A stretch of 64,000 bases of DNA, taken from the IMG/VR virus record IMGVR_UViG_3300017707_000735, positions 1 through 64,000 of that record. One strand, written 5' to 3'. The notes under the pieces were generated by a model. That model ran no database searches. It saw only the letters and a program-made list of their open reading frames with translations, and was not told the DNA's origin. Below, one piece after another: positions 1 to 10,291 of this stretch. The DNA comes from a virus (taxonomy: Duplodnaviria; Caudoviricetes). Made by a program: the position numbers and the translations under genes. Every line of letters begins with the position of its first letter. The first letter of the stretch is position 1.

Positions 1-426
1 ATATGTGGGCAGTCTGACTTAGTAGAGGTAGTCAATAGTAAAGTAAACATTATTGACTACAAGACTAATAAAGAGATTAAGACAGAATCATTCAAGAACT
101 GGGAAGGAATATCTGATAAGATGCAGCACCCGGTAAGTCATTTGGATGACTGTAACTTCAACCACTATGCACTACAGCTTAGTATTTATATGTATATTAT
201 ACTAAAGCATAACCGTAAGCTTAGACCAGGTAAGATATACATCCATCACGTTATCTTTGAAGTAGAGGGAACAGATGAGTATGGATATCCTATTACTAGG
301 TATTCATCAAATGGAGATCCCGTAGTCAAAGAAGTTATACAAATGGAAGTACCATATCTTGCAGATGAAGTTATCTCAATCATCAACTGGCTATATGATA
401 ACAGAGACCAAATTAAAAAGAAATAA
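1..426 (+). CDS. PD-(D/E)XK (RecB/Cas4-like) nuclease, 5'-truncated by the window; the track's 121 start is an internal Met
   Basis: Frame 1 is open from base 1: ICGQSDLVEVVNSKVNIIDYKTNK...HYALQLSIY, containing the G-x2-D, DYKT and Y-x-LQLS-x-Y motifs. Confidence 0.85.
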   Translation: MCGQSDLVEVVNSKVNIIDYKTNKEIKTESFKNWEGISDKMQHPVSHLDDCNFNHYALQLSIYMYIILKHNRKLRPGKIYIHHVIFEVEGTDEYGYPITRYSSNGDPVVKEVIQMEVPYLADEVISIINWLYDNRDQIKKK

Positions 427-428
427 CT

Positions 429-692
429 ATGAGATTTTATAAGATTGAAACCAATTACTTAGGTAACCCTGCTTGGTTTAACTATGAAGAAATTAAAGCT
501 GTTAAGATATTCAAATACAAGGGTAACGTATTTTGTTATTTTAAAAAGAACAGTACTCAGTATAATGGATATATAGTGTGTAAAGACTCCCATATAATTC
601 GCAGTGCATATTTTGCATCTGGCTTTTGGGACGGTCTAAGAAACTTATTAGGCCTACCAAAAAAAATACAAAAAGGGGACTTACCTTTTTAA
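429..692 (+). CDS. Hypothetical protein (87 aa)
   Basis: Fits tightly between the nuclease stop and the next start; AT-rich codons; no recognisable motif. Confidence 0.6.
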   Translation: MRFYKIETNYLGNPAWFNYEEIKAVKIFKYKGNVFCYFKKNSTQYNGYIVCKDSHIIRSAYFASGFWDGLRNLLGLPKKIQKGDLPF

Positions 693-703
693 ATTAAAAA
701 GAA

Positions 704-1219
704 ATGATAGTAAGATTATTTGACGTGCAGAACGGGGTAGTGGTACCTACTGAGCATTGTTTTACAATGAAAGCGCTTAAAGATATCATGGATAACTATC
801 CAGAGGATTATCTTAAGATCTACCAGTACTTGTTCTACATGACATGTCCTAATCCTGATTTGAACATATTCTTTCATACTCCAGCAATGGATAAGGAGGA
901 TCTAATCTTAGATCAGATAGAGGCAGAGTTTTCCCCAGAAGACAAAGATATCTATACTGCGCTGCAATTCTGCTCTAGATTATATGAGACACCAACATCC
1001 CGCGCGTATGATGGTATGCAGAAAGCACTAGATAGAATAGCAAGATACTTAGCTACTACTCAGATTACTGATGGTAAGGATGGTAACATAGGTCAAATCA
1101 GAGCTATGGCAAAAGACTTTGACTCAATCAGACAATCATTTAAGGGTGCCTACAAGGACCTACAGGATGAGCAGCAAAGCAAAGTAAGAGGTGGACAAGG
1201 ACTAGCATATGACTCATAA
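704..1219 (+). CDS. Conserved hypothetical protein immediately upstream of TerL (possible small terminase; unproven)
   Basis: 171 aa, helical C-terminus, TAATG stop-start overlap with TerL. Function inferred from position only. Confidence 0.6.
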   Translation: MIVRLFDVQNGVVVPTEHCFTMKALKDIMDNYPEDYLKIYQYLFYMTCPNPDLNIFFHTPAMDKEDLILDQIEAEFSPEDKDIYTALQFCSRLYETPTSRAYDGMQKALDRIARYLATTQITDGKDGNIGQIRAMAKDFDSIRQSFKGAYKDLQDEQQSKVRGGQGLAYDS

Positions 1220-3420
1220 TGGATTTTTGGAACGACATACCTACCTGGGATAATGGTACCTGGACTACTACTGACTTTGCTTCAAGAGATGACTTCAAGC
1301 TTTTTATAGTAAGTATATTCAAAGAGCCCGGTCAATACAACTTTAATGAAGATAGCTCATTGATATTTAATGAGCAGTCTAGATTATTCAATCAAAACAA
1401 AGTATACTGTACAGCCCCTTATAAATCCAAAGACTTTATTAAGTACTGGGATGATCAAAAGGAAAGATGTAGAAAAGGTGTTATTGTAAAGTCCGGTAAA
1501 GAGATCTGGTTCCTAGCTAGAGAGTATTACATGTGGCTTAACTTCCTGCCTATCTTTAACAAAGAGATTCAAGCATTTGGATTTGCAGATATACGGGATG
1601 CTCAGTATCACATGGCTCTTTATGAGCTATTAGCTGAGTTACACTACAAGCATTCAGCTATCCTTAAGAAACGTCAGATAGCCTCTTCATATTATCATGC
1701 CGGTAAACTGATAAATCAGCAGTGGTTTGAGGCAGGGGTTACACTTAAGATGGGTGCATCACTTAAAGATTACATCAATGAGAAAGGTACATGGAAGTTC
1801 TTATCTGAATATGCAGCCTTCTTAAATGAACATACCGCATGGTATAGACCTATGTCACCAGACAAGGTCATGATGTGGCAGCAGAAGATTGAGGTAAGAA
1901 AAGGGGACCGCAAGACTGAGGTTGGTCTCAAAGGTACTATTCAAGGTATGTCATTTGAGAAAGATCCAACAAATGGTGTAGGGGGTCCGGTTAAATACTT
2001 CTTCCATGAGGAAGCGGGAATTGCACCTAAGATGGATACAACCTTTGGATATATCAAACCAGCACTTAAGTCAGGTATGATGACCACGGGTATGTTTATT
2101 GCTGCAGGATCTGTGGGAGACTTAGATCAATGTGAGCCACTGAAGGAAATGATACTTAATCCAGAAGGTCAAGATATCTATGCAGTAGATACAGATCTTA
2201 TAGATAAGAAAGGTACTGTAGGTATATCAGGTTTGTTTATTCCTGAACAGTGGTCTATGCCGCCATATATAGATGCATATGGAAACTCCCTGGTAGAAGA
2301 AGCGCTTCAGGCTCTAGATGATTACTTTGAAGAGTGCAAAAAGAAAATGACTCCGGAAGCATATCAGCTTGAAGTATCACAGCATCCAAGAAACATTGAA
2401 GAAGCGTTTGCACATAGAAAGGTATCTATATTCCCGCAGCATTTAGTTGGAGCCCAGCTCAGAAGAATAGAAGACAAAGAATACTCATATGAGTTCTTAG
2501 ATATCTACAGAGATGAGCAAGGTATACCAAAGGTGAGAGAAACAAATAAACTTCCTATATCTGAATTTCCTATATCTAAGAAGACAGAAGATAAAACAGG
2601 GACGCTTGTAGTATGGGAAAGGCCGGTGAAGGATCCAAGCTTTGGGATGTACTATGCCTCAATTGACCCCGTGTCTGAGGGAAAAACAACTACCTCAGAT
2701 TCCTTGTGTTCTATATATGTGATGAAAGCACCAGTAGAAGTAACCAAAGTCACCGGTGTTGAGACAGAGAATTACATAGAACAAGACAAGATAGTAGCTG
2801 CATGGTGTGGTAGATTTGATGATATCAAGAAGACTCATGAGAGACTGGAGATGATCATAGAGTGGTACAACGCCTGGACGGTAATAGAGAACAACATTTC
2901 CTTGTTTATCCAGTACATGATATCAAGAAAGAAGCAAAAGTATCTAGTACCTAGAACACAGATCATGTTCCTCAAAGATCTAGGTGCTAATGCAAATGTA
3001 TTTCAGGAGTATGGTTGGAAGAATACCGGGATATTATTTAAGTCTCACCTTCTAAGTTATGTCATAGAATATACTAGAGAAGAATTAGATACAGTTACTA
3101 GGGAAGATGGAACTATAGTCAAGACCACATATGGTATTGAACGTATTCCTGATCCTATGTTACTCAAAGAAATGCAAGCCTACACAGAGGGACTCAACGT
3201 GGATAGACTGGTTTCATTCTCCGCACTGGTTGCATTCATGAAAATTCAGCAATCAAATAGGGGTTACCAGAAGCGTGTAGTCATGGATGAGGCTGCCAAA
3301 AACTTGCAAAAGTCAGATAATTTGTTTAAATTACCTCATAGCCCTTTCCGGCACATGGGGAAAGGTATGCGAAGTGGGGGCCAAACAATTAAGAGATCAC
3401 CATTTAAAAACTTTAAATAA
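1219..3420 (+). CDS. terL: Terminase large subunit
   Basis: Walker A-like LKKRQIASSY, Walker B-like YFFHEEAG, GSVG coupling motif, RNase H-like nuclease ASIDPVSEG...SDS and C-terminal NVDRL; 733 aa, upstream of portal. Confidence 0.93.
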   Translation: MDFWNDIPTWDNGTWTTTDFASRDDFKLFIVSIFKEPGQYNFNEDSSLIFNEQSRLFNQNKVYCTAPYKSKDFIKYWDDQKERCRKGVIVKSGKEIWFLAREYYMWLNFLPIFNKEIQAFGFADIRDAQYHMALYELLAELHYKHSAILKKRQIASSYYHAGKLINQQWFEAGVTLKMGASLKDYINEKGTWKFLSEYAAFLNEHTAWYRPMSPDKVMMWQQKIEVRKGDRKTEVGLKGTIQGMSFEKDPTNGVGGPVKYFFHEEAGIAPKMDTTFGYIKPALKSGMMTTGMFIAAGSVGDLDQCEPLKEMILNPEGQDIYAVDTDLIDKKGTVGISGLFIPEQWSMPPYIDAYGNSLVEEALQALDDYFEECKKKMTPEAYQLEVSQHPRNIEEAFAHRKVSIFPQHLVGAQLRRIEDKEYSYEFLDIYRDEQGIPKVRETNKLPISEFPISKKTEDKTGTLVVWERPVKDPSFGMYYASIDPVSEGKTTTSDSLCSIYVMKAPVEVTKVTGVETENYIEQDKIVAAWCGRFDDIKKTHERLEMIIEWYNAWTVIENNISLFIQYMISRKKQKYLVPRTQIMFLKDLGANANVFQEYGWKNTGILFKSHLLSYVIEYTREELDTVTREDGTIVKTTYGIERIPDPMLLKEMQAYTEGLNVDRLVSFSALVAFMKIQQSNRGYQKRVVMDEAAKNLQKSDNLFKLPHSPFRHMGKGMRSGGQTIKRSPFKNFK

Positions 3421-3425
3421 AGGGT

Positions 3426-6158
3426 ATGGAAATATATAATGCAATGCAGCTCAAGAAAGGAGCTAAAGCGCAACATAATAGAATGGGTAGTATTACCCAA
3501 CCTTTACAATTTATCCCCAAGAAAGACAAAGACCAGGAGTGGGCAGCCTGGAACCTAGACTGGTTAGAATGGAACGGGTTAAAACAAATCCGTAGAAATG
3601 CCCGCAGGTTTATGAAGAACTATAAACTTGCTAAAGGTATCATAGACAAGTCAGACTACATTATTGAAGAGGACAATGAGTACAGAGATATTGTAGAAAC
3701 ACTTACAAAAGAAGATTACTCTGCATTAGAATTAAAGTTCTATCCAATTATTCCTAACGTTATCAATGTTCTAGTAGCTGAATTTGCTAAGAGATCAACC
3801 AAACTTACTTACCGTGCGGTAGATGAGTTCTCTTACAATGAAATGATGGAACAAAAGCGTGCAGCTGTAGAAGAGGTTCTTATGGCAGAAGCACAGATGA
3901 AGATTCAAGGTGCTTTGGTTAAACAAGGACTTGATCCAAATTCTGAAGAAGCTCAGCAGCAGTTAACACCTGAAAATATAAAGTCACTTCCTGAGATTGA
4001 GATGTTCTTTAAGAAAGACTATAGATCTTTAATAGAACAGTGGGCATCTCACCAGCATAAGGTTGACGTGGAAAGATTCCGCATGGATGAGCTTGAAGAA
4101 AGAGGATTCCGTGATAGCTTAATTACTGACCGTGAGTTCTGGCACATGCGTATGATGGAAGATGATTATGAAGTAGAGTTATGGAACCCGGTTCTTTGCT
4201 TTTACCATAAGTCACCAGATGCAAGATATATTTCTCAAGCTAACTGGGTTGGTAAGACAGATATGTTTACTGTAGCTGATGTAATTGACAAGTACGGTTA
4301 CATGATGACAGAAGACCAGATGCAGGCTCTTGAAGCAATCTACCCAATTAGATCCGCAGGATACAACATTGGTGGACAGCAAAATGATGGTTCTTTCTAT
4401 GATGCTACTAAGACACATGAGTGGAATACCAACATGCCGTCACTTGCATACAGACAGTATACATCAATGGTTGCTGGTAATATCACAGATGCTGGGGATG
4501 TAATCACGCAGATCCTATCTGAAGGTGAAGACTTCAATGTAGCTGGTACTGCTTATCTATTGAGAGTAACAACTGGTTATTGGAAGTCACAGCGTAGAGT
4601 AGGTCACCTTACCAAAGTAATGGATAATGGTGAAGTTATCACTGAGGTTATTACAGAAGACTACAAAGTAACAGATAACCCTATCTATGATACTAGACTC
4701 TTTAAGAACAAAACAAAAGATAATCTAGTATTTGGAGAACATATTGACTGGATCTGGATTAATGAAGTATGGGGAGGTATTAAGATTGGACCAAACATTC
4801 CTTCATTCTGGGGTATGAATAACCCGGGTGGTTTCTCACCTATTTATCTTGGTGCTGATAGAAATCATATTGGTCCAATTAAATTCCAGTTCAAAGGAGA
4901 TAATTCAATCTATGGATGTAAGCTTCCTGTAGAGGGTGCTGTGTTCTCAGATAGGAATACAAAGTCTACTGCACTACTTGATTTGATGAAGCCATACCAG
5001 ATTGGATATAACATTGTAAACAATCAGATAGCGGATATCTTAGTAGATGAACTAGGTACTGTAATCTTATTAGATCAGAATGCATTACCTAGACACTCAG
5101 CTGGAGAAGACTGGGGTAAGAACAATCTAGCAAAAGCATATGTAGCAATGAAGAATTTCCAGATGCTACCGCTAGATACATCTATCACAAATACAGAGAA
5201 TGCACTTAACTTTCAGCATTTCCAAAAGCTAGATCTAGAGCAAACAAACAGACTAATGTCAAGGATTCAGCTTGCCAACTATTTCAAGCAGCAAGCATAT
5301 GAAGTAATTGGTGTGAATCCTCAGCGTATGGGGCAACAAATTGCACAGGAAACTGCGACAGGAGTAGAGCAGGCTGTGGCTGCCTCATATGCACAGACAG
5401 AAACTTACTTCATTCAGCACTGTGATTACTTGATGCCAAGAGTACACCAAATGCGTACAGACTTAGCTCAATACTACCACTCAACAAAACCTTCTGCAAG
5501 ATTGCAATACATGACTACTGCGGATGAAAGAGTAAACTTTGAGATCAATGGTACTGACTTATTGATGAGAGATCTAAACATTTTTGCTAGTACAACAGCA
5601 AATCACCGGGCTATTCTAGAACAACTTAAGTCAATGTCTCTAAACAATAATACTACAGGAGCTAGTATATATGACTTAGGTAGAGTAATTCAGTCAGACT
5701 CAATTGCTGAGCTTAACTCAGTGCTTAAAGCATCTGAAGATAAAACAAATCAGATTAAACAACAAGAGCAGCAGTCTCAACAGCAAATGCAAGAGCAACA
5801 ACTTAAAGCACAGGCTGAACAAGAGAAGCTTAAACTTGATCATGAAGCAATGGAAGCTGAGAAGAATAGACAACGTGATATTCTTGTGGCTGAAATTAGA
5901 GCAGCAGGTATGGGTGCTATGACAGATGTGAACCAAAACCAAATGTCAGACTACCAGGATACAATGAAAGAGATCCGTGCTACTGAACAGTACCAGCATC
6001 AAACTTCTTTGGAAAGAGAGCGTGATACAAACAGAAACATGCTTGCTTCAGAGAAGAATCAAATAGAAAGAGAGAAACTTCAGGTACAGAGAGAGCTAGC
6101 TGACAAACAACTGCAAATTGCAAGAGAGAATAAAAATAAGTATGACAAAGGAAAATAA
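3426..6158 (+). CDS. Portal protein
   Basis: 910 aa between TerL and scaffold/MCP; YPIIPNVINVL segment and long Q/E-rich C-terminal coiled coil typical of crAss-like portals. Confidence 0.88.
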   Translation: MEIYNAMQLKKGAKAQHNRMGSITQPLQFIPKKDKDQEWAAWNLDWLEWNGLKQIRRNARRFMKNYKLAKGIIDKSDYIIEEDNEYRDIVETLTKEDYSALELKFYPIIPNVINVLVAEFAKRSTKLTYRAVDEFSYNEMMEQKRAAVEEVLMAEAQMKIQGALVKQGLDPNSEEAQQQLTPENIKSLPEIEMFFKKDYRSLIEQWASHQHKVDVERFRMDELEERGFRDSLITDREFWHMRMMEDDYEVELWNPVLCFYHKSPDARYISQANWVGKTDMFTVADVIDKYGYMMTEDQMQALEAIYPIRSAGYNIGGQQNDGSFYDATKTHEWNTNMPSLAYRQYTSMVAGNITDAGDVITQILSEGEDFNVAGTAYLLRVTTGYWKSQRRVGHLTKVMDNGEVITEVITEDYKVTDNPIYDTRLFKNKTKDNLVFGEHIDWIWINEVWGGIKIGPNIPSFWGMNNPGGFSPIYLGADRNHIGPIKFQFKGDNSIYGCKLPVEGAVFSDRNTKSTALLDLMKPYQIGYNIVNNQIADILVDELGTVILLDQNALPRHSAGEDWGKNNLAKAYVAMKNFQMLPLDTSITNTENALNFQHFQKLDLEQTNRLMSRIQLANYFKQQAYEVIGVNPQRMGQQIAQETATGVEQAVAASYAQTETYFIQHCDYLMPRVHQMRTDLAQYYHSTKPSARLQYMTTADERVNFEINGTDLLMRDLNIFASTTANHRAILEQLKSMSLNNNTTGASIYDLGRVIQSDSIAELNSVLKASEDKTNQIKQQEQQSQQQMQEQQLKAQAEQEKLKLDHEAMEAEKNRQRDILVAEIRAAGMGAMTDVNQNQMSDYQDTMKEIRATEQYQHQTSLERERDTNRNMLASEKNQIEREKLQVQRELADKQLQIARENKNKYDKGK

Positions 6159-6202
6159 GATTAGTGTTTAGCTATATAATGCAAAAATTCAATTTTCCGT
6201 TT

Positions 6203-6219
6203 TAAATTTCATAAGTTTA
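6203..6219 (+). promoter_or_regulatory. 17-bp palindromic site TAAATTT-CAT-AAGTTTA upstream of the scaffold/MCP operon
   Basis: Same motif recurs at 31178, 36453 and 41822; TATATT follows 16 nt downstream. Confidence 0.5.
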
Positions 6220-6269
6220 TTTTTACAATTTTGCTTATATTAAATTAATAACCAACAAAAACCAACAAC

Positions 6270-7508
6270 ATGTCAGAACCTAATGATGACGCACAATTAC
6301 TTGACAATACATCAGTATCACAAGTAGATGTAAACATTGATGAAATCTTTGGAATGCCTGGTGCTGAAAACATCATGCTTCCTGAAGAAGAAGAAGAAAA
6401 ACCCAAATCTATTTTCTCAAAGGAGAATGTAGATACAACGTTCCTTGACAACCCTACTAGTACTAAGACTACAGTAGAAGAGAAACAAGTAGTAGAAGAA
6501 ACTATTGCTGAACTTGATGGACTTATTTCACAGGAAGAAGATGCCGGGAATAAAGGAAGACCAAAGATTGATAAATCAGGTCTTGCTGAACTAGCATCTA
6601 AAATGATTGAAGAAGGAACTCTTGTGCCTTTTGATGATGATAAACCGCTAGAGGATTACACAACAAAAGACTTCAGAGAACTTTTTGAAGCAAACTTCCA
6701 AGAACGTGAGAATGCTATTAGAGAAAACACTCCTAGAGAATTCTTTAATGCACTTCCAGAAGAACTTCAATATGCTGCAAAGTATGTAGCTGATGGAGGT
6801 CAAGATCTTAAAGGTCTGTTCAGAACTCTTGCTCAAGTAGAAGAGATGAGAACATTGGATCCAGCTGATGAGTATGATCAAGCAGAGATTGCACGTCAGT
6901 ACTTACACGCTACACAATTTGGCTCACCTGAAGAGATTGAAGCTGAGATTGAAGAGTGGAGAGATCTTGATAGACTTGAGCAAAAAGCTAATCAGTTCAA
7001 ACCAAAGTTAGATAGAATGCAAGATGAAATCATTGCAAGACAACTAGCTGAACAGGAAGCAAAGAAAGAACAACAAGAAAAAGCAGCAAGAGCTTACACA
7101 GATAATGTGTATAACACACTCTCTAGAGGTGAGATTGGTGGAGTGAAGCTTGACAAGAAATTGCAAAGCATGCTTTACTCAGGATTAGTTCAACCAAACT
7201 ATCCATCAATTTCTGGTAAGCCTACTAACTTGCTTGGTCACTTACTTGAGAAGTACCAGTTTGTAGAACCTAGACATGACCTGATTGCAGAAGCACTTTG
7301 GTTACTAGCAGATCCAGGAAGCTACAAAGCTAGAATTCAAGAGCAAGGTGGTAAAGCTGCTACTGAAAAAACAGTAAGAGCACTTAAGACTGAACAACAA
7401 AGAAAGATCAGTTCTTCTGTGCAACACGAAGAAGAAGAAAGACCAAGAAGCGGTAACAAAAGTCAAAAAACAATATCAAGAAATAACAACATATTCAGAC
7501 GCTTTTAA
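6270..7508 (+). CDS. Acidic head assembly (scaffold-like) protein
   Basis: 412 aa, D/E-rich N-terminus, helical, basic C-terminus, directly upstream of MCP as in crAss-like phages. Confidence 0.65.
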   Translation: MSEPNDDAQLLDNTSVSQVDVNIDEIFGMPGAENIMLPEEEEEKPKSIFSKENVDTTFLDNPTSTKTTVEEKQVVEETIAELDGLISQEEDAGNKGRPKIDKSGLAELASKMIEEGTLVPFDDDKPLEDYTTKDFRELFEANFQERENAIRENTPREFFNALPEELQYAAKYVADGGQDLKGLFRTLAQVEEMRTLDPADEYDQAEIARQYLHATQFGSPEEIEAEIEEWRDLDRLEQKANQFKPKLDRMQDEIIARQLAEQEAKKEQQEKAARAYTDNVYNTLSRGEIGGVKLDKKLQSMLYSGLVQPNYPSISGKPTNLLGHLLEKYQFVEPRHDLIAEALWLLADPGSYKARIQEQGGKAATEKTVRALKTEQQRKISSSVQHEEEERPRSGNKSQKTISRNNNIFRRF

Positions 7509-7536
7509 CTAGTAACAATTAACAAACAAATACAAA

Positions 7537-9153
7537 ATGGCAACTCCAGTTTTAAACAATGGTATATTCCTGCGTGATACTGCATACAATGCATCGTCCC
7601 ACGTAGATTCATACCACCTTACAAACATGTTGAAAGATGCAGATCCTATGGATTTGGGTCCGGTAGACCTTTGGGCAATGGCTCAAAAAGTTGAAATGCC
7701 TCTTTATCAAATGTCTTCATTTGGAGGTAAGAATGTAATCATGGTAGACAATGCACGCGGTGAATACCGTTGGCAGACACCTGTGTCAATTGACCTACCT
7801 TATATCGTTGAAGATATTGAGCCACTCAATGACTTCAAAGGTGTAGATGGTACTACATTCAAAATTAAACTTAACAGACGTGAATTTGGACATGGTGATA
7901 TCCTTACCTATGACAAGTACAACGGAGTTGAGATGTACATCACACAGGATGATATCCTTCCTATTGGAGACGGATTCATCTATACCGTACAGTTGGTAAA
8001 CAATGACAACTACAAGTATCTTGACAACAAGTATCTTGCTAGTGGTACTAAGATCTTCCGTAAAGGTTCTGCAAGAGGTGAATATGGTGAAAGATTCTCT
8101 GACATCATTACTAACGCTGGGTTCCGTGAATTCTACAACTACGTAGGAGGAGCAGAAGCACACGTTCACTATTCTATCTCTAGCCGTGCTGACTTGATGA
8201 TTAAAGGTGGAATGAATGCAGATGGTACAGTTCCTGTAACTGAGATCTGGAGAACATTCAACAAGAACCTTGATCCAGCAGTTACATCTTTGGAAGATAT
8301 GGTTAAAGTTATGGGTAAAGATTCTGTGAAGAAAGCTTTTGATAACGGAGACCTTTCAAGAACATTCTTGACAAATATGGAAGCAGCTCACCTTTCTAAA
8401 GTTGCATCTGACATTGAGACTTACTTGATGTGGGGACAAGGAGGTAGAGTACGCCAAGATGGTCCAGATGATATCCGTTTGTCTGTCGGTCTTTGGAAGC
8501 AGTTGGATAACTCATTCAAGAGAATCTACAACAAGAATAACTTTACATTGGATTTGTTCCGTGGAGAAATCTACAACTTCTTCAATGGTAAGGTTGAGTT
8601 CCAAGGTCCAGATCCTAAGCGTTCACTAGTTGTACAAACTGGTATGGGTGGTATGCGCATGGTGAATGAAGCTATCAGACGTGAGGCTGTTGCATCTGGT
8701 CTTTTGATTCAGGCTGCTGATATCGGTGCAATCACTGGTAAAGGAATGGACTTGAACTTTGGATTTGCTTATACTTCTTATGTTATCCCATTCTTGGCTA
8801 ACGTTAAGTTTGTGTTGAACCCAGCATTTGACAACGTTCATACAAATGATATTGAGAACCCAATCATTGATGGTTTCCCGTTGTCATCTTACTCATTCAT
8901 TATCTTTGATATCACTGATAATACAAATGATAACATCTACCTATTGAAGTTGTCTTGGGATAACCAATTGAAGTGGTGGTATCAAAATGGTACAATGGAC
9001 TACATGGGCCGTACACAAGGGTTCCAGTCTTCTGGCCAATTCAATGGGTACCGTGTGATGATGTCTCAAACAATGCCAGCTATCTGGGTTAAGGATCCAA
9101 CTAAAGTCCTTAAGATTGTTATGAGAAACCCAATCACAGGTGGATCATTCTAA
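7537..9153 (+). CDS. Major capsid protein
   Basis: 538 aa, highly biased codon usage, position after portal/scaffold, followed by a hairpin; size and sequence character match the crAss-like HK97-fold MCP. Confidence 0.9.
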   Translation: MATPVLNNGIFLRDTAYNASSHVDSYHLTNMLKDADPMDLGPVDLWAMAQKVEMPLYQMSSFGGKNVIMVDNARGEYRWQTPVSIDLPYIVEDIEPLNDFKGVDGTTFKIKLNRREFGHGDILTYDKYNGVEMYITQDDILPIGDGFIYTVQLVNNDNYKYLDNKYLASGTKIFRKGSARGEYGERFSDIITNAGFREFYNYVGGAEAHVHYSISSRADLMIKGGMNADGTVPVTEIWRTFNKNLDPAVTSLEDMVKVMGKDSVKKAFDNGDLSRTFLTNMEAAHLSKVASDIETYLMWGQGGRVRQDGPDDIRLSVGLWKQLDNSFKRIYNKNNFTLDLFRGEIYNFFNGKVEFQGPDPKRSLVVQTGMGGMRMVNEAIRREAVASGLLIQAADIGAITGKGMDLNFGFAYTSYVIPFLANVKFVLNPAFDNVHTNDIENPIIDGFPLSSYSFIIFDITDNTNDNIYLLKLSWDNQLKWWYQNGTMDYMGRTQGFQSSGQFNGYRVMMSQTMPAIWVKDPTKVLKIVMRNPITGGSF

Positions 9154-9164
9154 TATATAATCAG

Positions 9165-9205
9165 AAACATAGAGGAGGGCGTAAATTCCCTCCTCTCCCT
9201 GTTTT
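9165..9205 (+). terminator. Hairpin (probable intrinsic terminator/attenuator) after MCP
   Basis: AGAGGAGGG (9171-9179) pairs with CCCTCCTCT (9188-9196); AAACA (9165-9169) can pair with TGTTT (9200-9204); short T tract. Confidence 0.7.
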
Positions 9206-9244
9206 AAAGAACCAACAAATTTTAACCAACAAACAACCAACAAA

Positions 9245-10264
9245 ATGCAAAACACACCTTTTACAATGGTAGAAACTAGAGACACTAAAGTTTCTAAAGT
9301 TTCTGTTAAACCTTATTTTGACAATTCAGTTTCTAACATGGGGTTAGAACAGTACGGTCTTTCATTATTTGATGGTGTTACACACACTGAACAATTAGCT
9401 TGCTTAGAAAGAAATGGCGTTATTCAGTATGTAACAGGACTAAATGAGTTTGCACCGGAAATTAAGCTAATCAAAAACCCTGAAGAAAGAGAGGCTAAGA
9501 TTAGAGAGATTAGATCTATAGTAGCGGAACTTGAAAGAGAACTTGCTGCTAATGTACTAGATGTTGAGGATCCACAATTCTGGACCAACGTCAAATTACT
9601 TAGACCAGATAACTCAGATTTCTGGAATAAGATTTATCTAGCATGCGGGAATGAACCAGTATATCTGGATGTCAAAGACCCGTTTGATAGAATTAAGTTA
9701 TGTGCTATTGAAGCAGGAGGATTTTCTCTTGTATCAAGAAGCTATGATGAAGCACGGTCAAGAGCAGTACCACCAAAGTTTTATCTAGATAAAGCTCAGG
9801 AAACTGCAGGAGCTAGAACAGAGTACAAGAAACTCCGTAACAAAGCGCTTGCTGAACTTCAGAAATTGTTTGATAAGAACAGCACTAAGCTATTCTACAT
9901 TGCTAAGGCAGTGGATGTTGCTAGTGTGAACTATAAAAAATACACTCCAAATGATGTAATCTATGAGAACATGGATATGCATATCAATGGAGAGGGAAGC
10001 GAAGGAAATAAGGAAAGAGCTGCTAAAGGCTTCTTAGATGCTGCTGCAATGGATATGGAAACATTAAAAATTAAGGCAATTGTCAAAGATTCCATATTTT
10101 TTAAGTATATTATTAATAAGGCTGATGGATACATCTATCATGTTCAATCTGGAGCACTGCTAGGTAGAAACACATCAGACGTTATTGAGTACTTGAAGAA
10201 CCCTTTAAATGAGGATGTACTTAAGGATCTCAATAGCAAAGTAGAGAAACTTTGGAATTCTTAA
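9245..10264 (+). CDS. Conserved crAss-like post-MCP protein (339 aa), function unknown
   Basis: Position directly after MCP; globular, mixed composition; long A/C-rich leader. Confidence 0.7.
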   Translation: MQNTPFTMVETRDTKVSKVSVKPYFDNSVSNMGLEQYGLSLFDGVTHTEQLACLERNGVIQYVTGLNEFAPEIKLIKNPEEREAKIREIRSIVAELERELAANVLDVEDPQFWTNVKLLRPDNSDFWNKIYLACGNEPVYLDVKDPFDRIKLCAIEAGGFSLVSRSYDEARSRAVPPKFYLDKAQETAGARTEYKKLRNKALAELQKLFDKNSTKLFYIAKAVDVASVNYKKYTPNDVIYENMDMHINGEGSEGNKERAAKGFLDAAAMDMETLKIKAIVKDSIFFKYIINKADGYIYHVQSGALLGRNTSDVIEYLKNPLNEDVLKDLNSKVEKLWNS

Positions 10265-10291
10265 TTTATAAATAATTTAATAAATAGTACC

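Noticed and set aside
704-1219. Firm assignment as terminase small subunit
   Set aside because: Only positional support; no recognisable TerS motif.
8197-8211. MIKGG (also WGQGG and PITGG) in the major capsid protein as GG-system sites
   Set aside because: They are embedded in a folded protein without the flanking basic/low-complexity context; treated as background.
1219-9153. Introns or inteins in TerL, portal or MCP
   Set aside because: Genes are uninterrupted and of ordinary size; no Hint or homing-endonuclease motifs seen.
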